64,000 nucleotides of DNA, from the NCBI GenBank assembly GCA_963845275.1, contig CAWJRR010000012.1, positions 48,845-112,844 of the forward strand, written 5' to 3'. A program made the translations under genes and the position numbers. Under the pieces are notes generated by a model. It did no database searches and was not told the DNA's origin. It worked only from the letters and a program-made list of their open reading frames with translations. The DNA is from Candidatus Bathyarchaeota archaeon. Lineage in GTDB: Archaea > Thermoproteota > Bathyarchaeia > 40CM-2-53-6. This document shows, one piece after another, positions 45,045-53,667 of the stretch (its first letter is position 1; the number at the start of each line of letters is the position of its first letter).

Positions 45045-45614
45045 TCATGCCGATCGGACTTCGTGGATGGTTGTGTAGATCGGTCCCTTTGGGGTTAGGG
45101 TACTCTTCTTTAATCGCACGCACGTGACGGGCATCTTCCCGAAATTAAGGTCCTTCATCTTTGATACAGCGTCTCCTAATTCCGCCTTTTTTCTGCCAGA
45201 TCTTACTCGAGCGATGGTTAGGTGTGGGCTGAATCCTTTATTGTCAGGGGACATTCCGATCTGTCTGAGTTTCGGTTCTACCTGTTCGAAGATGCCGCGC
45301 AACTCTTCATGGCCATGTACGATCCCCACCCAGACCACGTTGATTCGATTCAAGTTGGGGAAGGCGCCTAAGCCTGAGAAGTTTGCTTCGAAGGATTGGA
45401 AGCGAACGCCGTCCAAGATTTCTTTCACCTTCTGAACGGTCGATTCCGGAATTTCGCCGAGAAATCGGAGGGTGAGGTGCATGATCTCTGGTTCAACTCG
45501 CTTGAGATCGGCGCCGGTCTTCTCCAGGTCCCTCTGAGCGTTAACAATCTTCTCCTTAATCCCGACATCATCCAGGTCTACGGCGACGAAGCTTCTGATT
45601 CGTTCGTTTGACAA
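45045..45614 (-). CDS. thpR: RNA 2',3'-cyclic phosphodiesterase (2H family, ThpR/LigT)
   Basis: Two H-x-T-x motifs (HLTLRFLG and HLTIARV) at the expected spacing in a 189-aa protein. Confidence 0.85.
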   Translation of the reverse strand: MSNERIRSFVAVDLDDVGIKEKIVNAQRDLEKTGADLKRVEPEIMHLTLRFLGEIPESTVQKVKEILDGVRFQSFEANFSGLGAFPNLNRINVVWVGIVHGHEELRGIFEQVEPKLRQIGMSPDNKGFSPHLTIARVRSGRKKAELGDAVSKMKDLNFGKMPVTCVRLKKSTLTPKGPIYTTIHEVRSA

Positions 45615-45697
45615 TTGGCTGGCCTGCTATGCTAATCTCGGGAAGGAGGATTTAGCGTCTCTGATGATATAGTTTGTTCAGCCAACCTGCGGTGAGT

Positions 45698-46466
45698 TCA
45701 AATGAAGTCTCGTCTGCCGCCTTCGACTAGGAGTGTTTTGCCAGTGATGAATCGTGCTTCGTCGCTGGCGAAGAATAGGATTGCGTTAGCAATGTCTTCA
45801 GGCTTGCCCACGACGCCTAATGAAGATCGCTCTCTTCTACCTTTCAATAGTTCCTCGTATTGTTGATCCGTCAGGTTTCCCTTCAGCATCTCCGTCTCGA
45901 CTGCTCCTGGCGCTACGCAGTTTACGTTGATGCCGTATTGGCCGAGTTCGAAGGCAGCATTCTTTGTGAGCTGGATTACCCCCGCCTTGGCGGCGGCGTA
46001 CGCGGTTTCTCCCATGAACGCAACGCCGAAGCCGCTGTTTGATGAGACGTTCACTATCTTTCCGTACTTTCGTTGCATCATGTATCCGGCGGCTATCTGG
46101 GTGCAGAGGAATACGCTCTTGAGGTTCACGTCCAGATTCCTATCCCAGATCAGCGTCAGTCGTCTTCAGTAGGGGTGCGTCTAGGCCGATGCCCGCGTTG
46201 TTTACGAGAATGTCCACTTTACCGAACTCTTCGACCGTGACTTTGAACATTTGCTCCACGTCACTTCTGACTGAGACGTCGCATCTGACTGGGATGGCTC
46301 TTGACTTCATTCTGGTGATCTCGTCAACGACCTCTTGCGCCTTGCCCTGATTCTTGTTGTAGTTTACAACGACGCTGCAATTCTCTTTGGCTAAGGCTAA
46401 GGCGGTTGCTCTTCCTATTCCCCGTGAAGCCCCTGTCACTACGGCAACTTTTCCCCCGAAACGCAT
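45698..46466 (-). pseudogene. short-chain dehydrogenase/reductase (FabG-like), interrupted by a 1-nt frameshift
   Basis: ORF 46140-46466 carries TGASRGIG and NNAG. ORF 45698-46129 carries S..YAAAK and PG. The frames join at about 46135-46146: ..TDAD[frameshift]WDRNLDVNLKSVF. The sequence there reads gac gct gat c tgg gat agg, which implies one extra base. Confidence 0.65.
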
Positions 46467-46658
46467 CTCGTCGTGCCTCTGCAGGGTCCGTTGGGTTATG
46501 TGGCTTGTCTGCTTTGCGGTTGGCGAAGTTCTTCTTCCCGACCCACGAGTCCGGAACTAACTCAACTTGAAGTTGAAATTAGCCGAAACCCTCAAAACAG
46601 GAGACCAAACTTAACCCGTCACAGCCAGAACTGGTGAGACAGCTAAGTAGGGTGTGAA

Positions 46659-47213
46659 ATGGGAGCAGGGAAGAAAGTCATCGCCATTTCTGGTATGCCG
46701 GGTGCTGGTAAGGGCGTTGCCGCGAACGCTGGCAAACAGCTCGGTCTCGAAGTGTTCGTTCTCGGCGACATAGTACGTGAAGAGACTGAACGTAGAGGCC
46801 TGCCGCCGACTCCACAGAACATGGGCACAGTTATGCTGGACATTAGAGCGAAGGAGGGACCCGACGTTGTCGTAAGACGCCTTCTCCCAAAGATTGAACA
46901 GGTCAAGTCTAATGTCGTGATCGTGGAAGGGATCAGGAGCCTCCACGAGTTGAATGAGCTAGCGGCGAGGTTCGAGGTTATCCCGCTTGCTATTCATGCT
47001 TCGCCCAGGTCACGTTTTCAAAGATTGCTCTCACGGAATAGGAGCGACGACCCGAAGACATGGGAGGTATTCCAAGAACGGGACTTCCGTGAACTGGAGG
47101 TTGGATTGGGGCAAGTGCTTGCATTAGCCGATATCGTTCTGATTAACGAAGGGTCGATATCTCAGCTGCAGTCGGCGTTCAGAGCTGCCTTCGAAAAGTT
47201 GAACCTGCAATGA
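46659..47213 (+). CDS. P-loop nucleotide kinase, archaeal UPF0200 (dephospho-CoA-kinase-like) family
   Basis: 184 aa with P-loop ISGMPGAGKG. Paired with a UPF0201 gene, as is usual in archaea. Confidence 0.65.
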   Translation: MGAGKKVIAISGMPGAGKGVAANAGKQLGLEVFVLGDIVREETERRGLPPTPQNMGTVMLDIRAKEGPDVVVRRLLPKIEQVKSNVVIVEGIRSLHELNELAARFEVIPLAIHASPRSRFQRLLSRNRSDDPKTWEVFQERDFRELEVGLGQVLALADIVLINEGSISQLQSAFRAAFEKLNLQ

Positions 47214-47641
47214 ACGTGCGAATCACGGCTGAAGCAAACCTCAACCCGACGGAGGACGAGGCAAAGGTTAGACGCGCCTTACTCAACATTTTCCCTGCGG
47301 CTAAGGCGGAGAAGATCACGAAGCCTGATGGGGTTGAGCTGATCAGGGTCAATGGTTCAGGCACGAATTTCTTGGAAGCGTTTCGTAGGCTGCTGAAACA
47401 GGATAAGATTAGGGATACGGCGCGGAAAGTGCTTCTGGCTAGGACTGAGGGGGAGCGAATCACTATCTGCTTGCATAAGCAGGCCGCTTTTGCCGGGCAC
47501 GCCTCCTTCTGCGCTCCCGTGGGCGAGTCCCCTCAAGGCCCAATCACGATTCGAATCGAGACTCCTTCCCCAGAATCCGTGATTGATTACCTTACAGCCC
47601 GGCAGGGTCAAGATGGGTTTCAACGATCTCGGGAAACCTGA
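47210..47641 (+). CDS. UPF0201 / PF01877-type putative RNA-binding protein
   Basis: 143 aa. Contains V.I.AEANLNPTED..KV..AL.NIFP and a family-like overall pattern. Start overlaps the kinase stop (ATGA). Confidence 0.55.
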   Translation: MNVRITAEANLNPTEDEAKVRRALLNIFPAAKAEKITKPDGVELIRVNGSGTNFLEAFRRLLKQDKIRDTARKVLLARTEGERITICLHKQAAFAGHASFCAPVGESPQGPITIRIETPSPESVIDYLTARQGQDGFQRSRET

Positions 47642-48534
47642 ACCGTCATCATATCCTTAGAGAGGACTGTATTCCGGAATTTCCTCCTGGCTTGGACTAG
47701 AAGCGGGTTAGCGTCTTCGTACATTGCGCTGATGTGAAAGAGAGCGAGCTTGTGTGCTTTGCAGCGTGCCGCCAGTTTCGCAGCCTCCGTTGAAGTAGAG
47801 TGGCCGTAGTCTACGGCCTTCTGTGAGGAGGAATGGTCGAATGTGCTATCGTGAATTAGAAGGTCGGAGTTTCTAGCGAGCCTCGCGACGGTGGAGCAGG
47901 GTCGCGTGTCAACCGCGTACGTTATCTTGACTCCTTCACGAGCCACGCCCACTACTAGTCGGGAGGGAATTCTTCGGTTGCCAACTCGCACGTACCGTGA
48001 AGTTTGAAGCTTCTTCCAGAGTGGTCCCTCTGGGATTCCAAGTTTCTTGGCCATTTCAGGGTTGAATCTGCCCGGTCTAGGTTTCTCTTCCAACGCGTAT
48101 GCTAAGCATTGGATGCCGTGCTTCGCGGCCGCCGCTCTGACTCTGTACTCCTGATCGTCCACGATGCTGCCCGCTCTGACCTCTTTGACCTCCAGCGGGT
48201 ACAGTCCGTAGAACTTCACTGCGTTGTTGACGGATGAAACGAATTCTACGATGCCTTTGGGTCCGTAAATCTGCAACTCTCGAGTTCGACCCATGAAGGC
48301 TAAGGAGTGCAGCATTCCTGGCAGGCCGAAGACGTGGTCGCCGTGCATGTGGCTGATGAAGATCCTCATCTTCCGGTTGATTCCAGCCTTCGCTTGCATG
48401 AACTGTCGTTGTGTCCCTTCCCCGCAGTCGAAGAGCAGCAGCTCTGCACCTCGTCGAATCAGCAGGCTGGGTAGCATTCGATACTTGGTTGGGACGCTTC
48501 CGCCGGTCCCGAGGAAGGTGACGGAGATGGACAT
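47620..48534 (-). CDS. rnz: ribonuclease Z (tRNA 3' endonuclease)
   Basis: Metallo-beta-lactamase motif SHMHGDH. Also FLGTGGSVP, and a C-terminal HST..EA and H. Length is 304 aa. Confidence 0.85.
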   Translation of the reverse strand: MSISVTFLGTGGSVPTKYRMLPSLLIRRGAELLLFDCGEGTQRQFMQAKAGINRKMRIFISHMHGDHVFGLPGMLHSLAFMGRTRELQIYGPKGIVEFVSSVNNAVKFYGLYPLEVKEVRAGSIVDDQEYRVRAAAAKHGIQCLAYALEEKPRPGRFNPEMAKKLGIPEGPLWKKLQTSRYVRVGNRRIPSRLVVGVAREGVKITYAVDTRPCSTVARLARNSDLLIHDSTFDHSSSQKAVDYGHSTSTEAAKLAARCKAHKLALFHISAMYEDANPLLVQARRKFRNTVLSKDMMTVQVSRDR

Positions 48535-48551
48535 TCTTCATCCAGTCCTTA

Positions 48552-49625
48552 CTAATGGTTCTCTGCTACTATGAACTGTCTGGTTAGGCTTCTGTGGATT
48601 CGGGCGAGATGACGTTCTTTCACCTGGAACCCGGCGTCCCGCGCGTAATCTGCGAGTTGAACCTCTGACGGGGCGGATATGCACAGGTGGGCACCGTGGT
48701 TCATTGAGTTGGATGCGCCATGGAGGAATTGCCTGATCAGGTCGTTCACGTTCACTCCCCTAGTGGATGAGTCTCGACCATAGGGCGGGTCGGTTGCGAT
48801 GGAGTCTAACCCGTGAAACGGCAGGTACCTTGCATCTCCATTAACCAGGCCGGATGCTTGGAGACTGAAATGGGCCACGTTTCTTCTCACACCTCGAAGC
48901 ATTCGTGTACTCGCATCAACAGCAACCACCTGGCAGCCAATTAGGGTTGCTTCGATCACGATGCCTCCGACTCCGCAAAATGGGTCTGCGAAGAACTTGC
49001 CGGGACGCGCACGGGAAAGGTTGACCATACACCTAGCAATCTTCGGCGGCATGGTTGATGGGTGGAAGACGGGACGCTTACGAGGTCTCCGCCGTGAGAT
49101 GGGGCCTGACGGCTTCGCGTGTTGAGTTAGCCCGAAGAGGAATGAGTCTTCATAGATTACGCAGAGGAAGGTCAAGTCGGGTTCTTTCAACTTGACGCGC
49201 AGGTCTGGAGCCTTCTCCTTCAACAGTGAACCGATGGAGCGTTCAAGATGTGTCCGCTTGATATCCTTCTTCACGCCACCCAGTCTCTCCGACCGGACAG
49301 CGTAGCAACTGGAGCCGGCAACGTAATCGTCCAATTGCAGGTTTCTGATTAACTTGTGAATCTCCATGTCATCTGCTACGCATTCGCCGAGAAGGTACCC
49401 GCACTTGTCGTACATGAGGCTCCTGTTCGAGACGAACTGTAACGCTTGCGAGGAGGAATCTAACTTGAGGAGGCGGTAGCTGGACTCAACGCGGTCGGTG
49501 GGAATGTGTTCGGAATCTAAGATTGCGAGGATCTCAGCAGTGGGGAGGGACAAGTGTTCTCCAGATAGGATAAAGAAGAGTCTAACGGACCCGTCGGTTC
49601 TGTTCTCATTTTCGGAGGGCGGCAT
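48552..49625 (-). CDS. trm11: THUMP-domain tRNA (guanine-N2)-methyltransferase, Trm11/TrmG10-like
   Basis: N-terminal THUMP-like half, then the SAM-binding motif DPFCGVGGIVIEA and the catalytic motif TDPPYG. Confidence 0.7.
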   Translation of the reverse strand: MPPSENENRTDGSVRLFFILSGEHLSLPTAEILAILDSEHIPTDRVESSYRLLKLDSSSQALQFVSNRSLMYDKCGYLLGECVADDMEIHKLIRNLQLDDYVAGSSCYAVRSERLGGVKKDIKRTHLERSIGSLLKEKAPDLRVKLKEPDLTFLCVIYEDSFLFGLTQHAKPSGPISRRRPRKRPVFHPSTMPPKIARCMVNLSRARPGKFFADPFCGVGGIVIEATLIGCQVVAVDASTRMLRGVRRNVAHFSLQASGLVNGDARYLPFHGLDSIATDPPYGRDSSTRGVNVNDLIRQFLHGASNSMNHGAHLCISAPSEVQLADYARDAGFQVKERHLARIHRSLTRQFIVAENH

Positions 49626-49654
49626 TAATTCTCATGCAAGGTTAGGTTCCGTGC

Positions 49655-51334
49655 TTATCCTAGTTTTACTCCACAATTCGTACAGTATGCTACACCTGGA
49701 GGGCTAGGCGCTCCGCATGAACTGCAGATGACCGAAGCGGGTTCCGCCGCGGTGCTACCTTCAGGCGGGGTTCCGGCGTCGGCGGGTGGAGTCTCGCCCT
49801 CAGTCGAAGGAGGAGGTGGCGGCTTCATTACAGGCTCGCCTCCGCCACGTCTTCTTCTCAAGAGGAGTAAGGCCACTACGACGATGGCGACAACTGCAAC
49901 CGCTCCGCCTGCCATGTACAGCTGCGTGTAGCTGGTGGTCCATATTGCGGTCACGGTGTGCGGCTTGTCCATTACGATTGAACCTTGAGTTGAGGTCCCT
50001 GAGTAGTCGCCCTGCCATTGGGCGAATACTTGTTGAATTAGGATTCCGTTCGGGCTTGTTACGGAGAACTGTGCGGTTGAGCCTGCGTCATAGTAGCCTG
50101 AGCCTTGCGGGTTTCCTAATCCGCCGGTCGAGACGACTGAGAGTTGATATTGGGTCTGGTACTTGGCCACGGCCTGGTGAGGTTTGTCAAGCGTTATAGA
50201 GATCGGGTTGCCTGCTTGCGCGGTTCCATCAATCTTCCAACTCTTGAAGGCGTATTGTGTTCCAGCGGATCCGTTCAGGGCCTGCGGGGCAGTGTTCGTT
50301 TGGACGGTTGATCCAGCATTGTACCATCCGGTTCCGCTGACTGGTGTGATGCCTTCAGGGTCGGTGGCTACGTTGAAGTAGTATTGGGTTTGGTAACTGA
50401 ACGTGTGGCTTCCGCCTGAAGCCACGGTCCAACTGTTCAGTTGCGCGTAATACCTGACGCCCTGGTCGCCGGAAACGTACTGGTCCACTGCGACCGAGTG
50501 CTGACTGTTGAGCGTGAACGAGAGGGTCTTAATGTCGGAGCCCGTCATGGAGCCTTGACTTACGCCGTCGACTTGGATGTTCACGTTAACCGAGCTGGGC
50601 ACGCCAGAGAGTGAGATTGAGACGCTGTACGTGTTGGGGCTCACGTCGAAGTAGGCCACGTTGCTGCTGAATCCGCTGCAGTAATCGTCAGCCTGGAAGT
50701 TAACTGTCCATCTGCCGGTTGGCTGGTTGGCTGTTGAGAAGGTTTTCGTAAAGGACCCTGCCGCGATCGATTGGTAGGTGAAGGTTTGAGGGGCGCCTGA
50801 TGGTGGCGAGATCGTTAAGGTTCCTTCAGCGTATCGGGTTACGGAGAGAAGGATTGTGACCTGGTCACCTACGGTGTAAGCTGACTTGTCAGTCGAAACC
50901 GTAACGCTCAGTGCTGGCCCAACCTGGGTCACTACGAGCGTTGCTGAACCGCTGCCAGAGTTAGATGATGAATCAGTGGCCGTTACCGTGAACGAGTACG
51001 AGCCTGGACAGTAACCAGTCGTGTACGCGCCTGTGTTGATGGTCAAAGTTGTTGATGCGCTACCGGGACTGGGGACGGAGAGAGGGTTCGTTGAGAAGCT
51101 GACCGCGCTACCAGAAGGTAGCCCCGACGCGTCCAACGTGAAGACGTCGGCAGGTCCAGGGGCGAAAGTGTCTGATACAGTGACCGTGTATGATGCCACC
51201 GTTAATTGTGGTGCGACCTGCGAACTTGGGGTAACGGTGACGTTGATGCCTCCGATCAACGCGTGGCCTTGCGGAATCATGAACGCTGCAAAGATAATGA
51301 AGACGAGGGGGGCAGCTAGCTTCCAGTACCTCAT
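49655..51334 (-). CDS. large surface protein with Ig-like and InlB-B-repeat-like domains, TM helix, Pro-rich linker and C-terminal zinc ribbon
   Basis: Signal peptide, then repeats such as YQTQYQLSVVSTGGLGNPQGSGYYDAGSTAQFSV..FAQWQGDYSG..IVMDKPHTVTAIW. TM is GGAVAVVAIVVVALLLL; tail is CSSCG..x..YCTNCG. Confidence 0.6.
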   Translation of the reverse strand: MRYWKLAAPLVFIIFAAFMIPQGHALIGGINVTVTPSSQVAPQLTVASYTVTVSDTFAPGPADVFTLDASGLPSGSAVSFSTNPLSVPSPGSASTTLTINTGAYTTGYCPGSYSFTVTATDSSSNSGSGSATLVVTQVGPALSVTVSTDKSAYTVGDQVTILLSVTRYAEGTLTISPPSGAPQTFTYQSIAAGSFTKTFSTANQPTGRWTVNFQADDYCSGFSSNVAYFDVSPNTYSVSISLSGVPSSVNVNIQVDGVSQGSMTGSDIKTLSFTLNSQHSVAVDQYVSGDQGVRYYAQLNSWTVASGGSHTFSYQTQYYFNVATDPEGITPVSGTGWYNAGSTVQTNTAPQALNGSAGTQYAFKSWKIDGTAQAGNPISITLDKPHQAVAKYQTQYQLSVVSTGGLGNPQGSGYYDAGSTAQFSVTSPNGILIQQVFAQWQGDYSGTSTQGSIVMDKPHTVTAIWTTSYTQLYMAGGAVAVVAIVVVALLLLRRRRGGGEPVMKPPPPPSTEGETPPADAGTPPEGSTAAEPASVICSSCGAPSPPGVAYCTNCGVKLG

Positions 51335-51597
51335 TTTCTGAACTCCGATTATTGAATGATCGGCGGAATAGGCTATTTAAGATCGTGTGCCTCGCGACGG
51401 CAAAAACTACCTGGATTTTGACCGCGTTTATCCATAGAATGTTTAAGCAAGTTCAATCGCACTTGAAGATGCGACGATGAGGGAATCAGAGTTAACCTGA
51501 ACAGTTCAATGTTGAGAAGGCATTTACCCCGAGTCGCAATCTGATGTTGAGAACTTAATTAATGACAGCGTAATCTCCATTCGGCGGAGAGTTCCCA

Positions 51598-51831
51598 TTG
51601 CCGTTCTATCTTTGCGAGAACTGCGCTAAGGATAAGGTCAGACTGGACTTGACATTTGCGGGCATCAACCAGCTCTGGCTCCGAACTTCCCCTAACCCGG
51701 ACGGGTTTGGTCCACCTTGCGAGTTCTGCGATGCGCCTAAGACAGTCTACCAGGTGCAGATCATTGGCACGCAATTCGACACGGAAGGCCAGCATCTGGA
51801 AAAGTTGAAGTCTGAAACGAAACCTGCCTGA
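51598..51831 (+). CDS. small zinc-ribbon protein (hypothetical)
   Basis: 77 aa with CENC ... CEFC (two CxxC pairs). TTG start. It competes with antisense ORF 51559-51855, which has no motif. Confidence 0.4.
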   Translation: MPFYLCENCAKDKVRLDLTFAGINQLWLRTSPNPDGFGPPCEFCDAPKTVYQVQIIGTQFDTEGQHLEKLKSETKPA

Positions 51832-51890
51832 ACGCGACGAGAGCTGAGTTTTCATCTATGCATTAACATTACTCTTCATGAGGCGCAAGC

Positions 51891-52343
51891 ATGGACCCGG
51901 TTGGGCTTCACCCAAAGGGTGGAGTTGAATTGAACAGGATCCTCAAATCACTCGCAGAACACCCGAACTATCACCAGGCAGGCGCAATCGCATCCTTCAC
52001 TGGAATAGTCAGGGAGGAACCGGTCCGGGGCGGGACAGGGAACGTCAGCCACTTGGAGTATGAAGCGTACAGCAGCGTTGCCCTGACGAAGCTTCAGGAG
52101 ATCAGGGAATCGATGCTGAAGCATCCCGGCATAATCGAAGTCTCAATTCACCATATCATCGACAAGCTAGAAGTGGGTGAACCCAGCCTATTCGTCGCCG
52201 TTCTGGGAAAGCATCGAAGAGAAGTTTTCGCGACTCTTGCGGAGACTGTTGAGCGAGTTAAGATGGAGGTCCCGATTTGGAAGAAGGAGTTTACTGAGAA
52301 GGGTTCTTACTGGGTCGCCACAACCGAAGTTAACCACTCTTAG
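51891..52343 (+). CDS. moaE: molybdopterin synthase catalytic subunit
   Basis: Motifs GAIASFTGIVR, LEYEAY, VGEPSLFVAVLGKHRREVF, PIWKKE. Confidence 0.8.
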   Translation: MDPVGLHPKGGVELNRILKSLAEHPNYHQAGAIASFTGIVREEPVRGGTGNVSHLEYEAYSSVALTKLQEIRESMLKHPGIIEVSIHHIIDKLEVGEPSLFVAVLGKHRREVFATLAETVERVKMEVPIWKKEFTEKGSYWVATTEVNHS

Positions 52344-52394
52344 TTGTGTAATTTTATATCGTGTTCCCCCGTTACATGGTAACGGCCTTATGAG

Positions 52395-53171
52395 TTGACG
52401 ATAAGCGACAAAGCAAGACGATCATTGCAGGAGTTCGGACTTACAGATTACGAGATTCGCTCTTACACTTCACTCCTGGAGATTGGGCCCGCAACAGCAA
52501 GCGAACTTAGCGAGTCCTCGTCGGTCCCGTACTCGAAGATTTACGAGGTTCTCGGCTCGCTTGAGAAGAAAGGCTGGATTGAGAGTGAACACGGTCGACC
52601 CAGCAAGTACTATCCGAAACCTCCTTCCGTGGCCATGGAGATCACGAGATCCCACTTGGAGAACTCACTCCGCACAAACGAGGCGCTCATCCTGGGAGAA
52701 CTCCAACCATTGTACGAGAAGAAAGGGGTCCGGGAACGCCCCGACATCTGGATCGTCCGAGGAAACTTCAACGTGCTCGCGAAGATTCGCGAAACGGTTG
52801 AACATGTTCAGAAGGAAATCTTGGCATCCGTCCCACTGCTTCCCGATTCGGTTGCAGACATGCTGATACCGCTCGTGAGGAGCGTGGCTGAGAAGGGAGT
52901 GAAGATTCGGATCATGACGATGCAGGGACGTGCTAATGAAGCAATGTCCAAGCTAACGACCTATTGTGAGATTCGATCACGAGAGCAAATGTTTGGAGGC
53001 GGAATAATAGCTGACGGAAAGGAAGTCATTCTGTTACTCGGCCAAGAAGAGGAAGCGGTAAACTTGGCCATCTGGTCTGATCATGTTGGGCTTGCGGGGT
53101 TCGCTAAGAACTATTTCGAGTTTCTCTGGGAGGACAGCGCTAGCGCTACCGAGAAAGTGAAAAAGAACTGA
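52395..53171 (+). CDS. TrmB-family transcriptional regulator
   Basis: N-terminal LQEFGLTDYEIRSYTSLLEIGPATASELSE.S.VPYSKIYEVL.SLEKKGWIE, plus a TrmB-type C-terminal domain. Confidence 0.8.
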   Translation: MTISDKARRSLQEFGLTDYEIRSYTSLLEIGPATASELSESSSVPYSKIYEVLGSLEKKGWIESEHGRPSKYYPKPPSVAMEITRSHLENSLRTNEALILGELQPLYEKKGVRERPDIWIVRGNFNVLAKIRETVEHVQKEILASVPLLPDSVADMLIPLVRSVAEKGVKIRIMTMQGRANEAMSKLTTYCEIRSREQMFGGGIIADGKEVILLLGQEEEAVNLAIWSDHVGLAGFAKNYFEFLWEDSASATEKVKKN

Positions 53172-53178
53172 CCGAAAT

Positions 53179-53571
53179 CTAGGAGGTTAGCACTGAATGT
53201 CGAAGGCGGAGTAGTGGCAATACTGACTCTATCTCCGCGTCGGATTTGATTTCCATCTTTGCTGTTTTTACTCCGGCAGATTCCTCAGCCTCTTGAACCG
53301 TATCGACGGCTACGCTGTCCAGGTTTTCGTCCTGTGCCACTTTCTTTTCGAAGTTGGGTTCGATCGGGAAGCTGATCCAAAGGTGATCATCGAAATGGAC
53401 CCAGACTAAGTCTGCTCCTCTTACTCGGAACGCGGGGCACCATTCACCTTCCATGTCATCGATCTCCACCGACTCTTGGATTTCAGGAAGTTCTAGGAGC
53501 GCCGTACGGAGGGTGGTGAAGTATTTCTTCTGCTTCGGATTCTTTACCTTCTCGAGGAACTCACGCATCAT
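53179..53571 (-). CDS. hypothetical protein
   Basis: 130-aa acidic ORF. No family recognised. Confidence 0.4.
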   Translation of the reverse strand: MMREFLEKVKNPKQKKYFTTLRTALLELPEIQESVEIDDMEGEWCPAFRVRGADLVWVHFDDHLWISFPIEPNFEKKVAQDENLDSVAVDTVQEAEESAGVKTAKMEIKSDAEIESVLPLLRLRHSVLTS

Positions 53572-53667
53572 TTCGATTCACCGGTGTATCATGGTGGAGG
53601 GAAAGGTCAAACTGTCGGAGTATTTGAACATACGCATTCGTTTGAATGCCTCAAAGCGCCATTGGAA

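Noticed and set aside
48077-48541. 154-aa Arg-rich alternative-frame ORF overlapping rnz on the same strand.
   Set aside because: The RNase Z frame carries all the catalytic motifs. The alternative frame is an Arg/Pro/Gln-rich artefact of a GC-rich stretch.
51470-51555. Possible C/D-box sRNA (GATGAGG ... CTGA ... ATGTTGAG ... CTGATG) and the repeated AATGTTGAGA string (51509, 51544; also 28420).
   Set aside because: The boxes deviate from RUGAUGA/CUGA consensus, the potential terminal stem (GCGAC/GTCGC) lies on the wrong side of the D box, and the spacing is atypical. The repeated decamer may still be a promoter-proximal motif, but I cannot support it.
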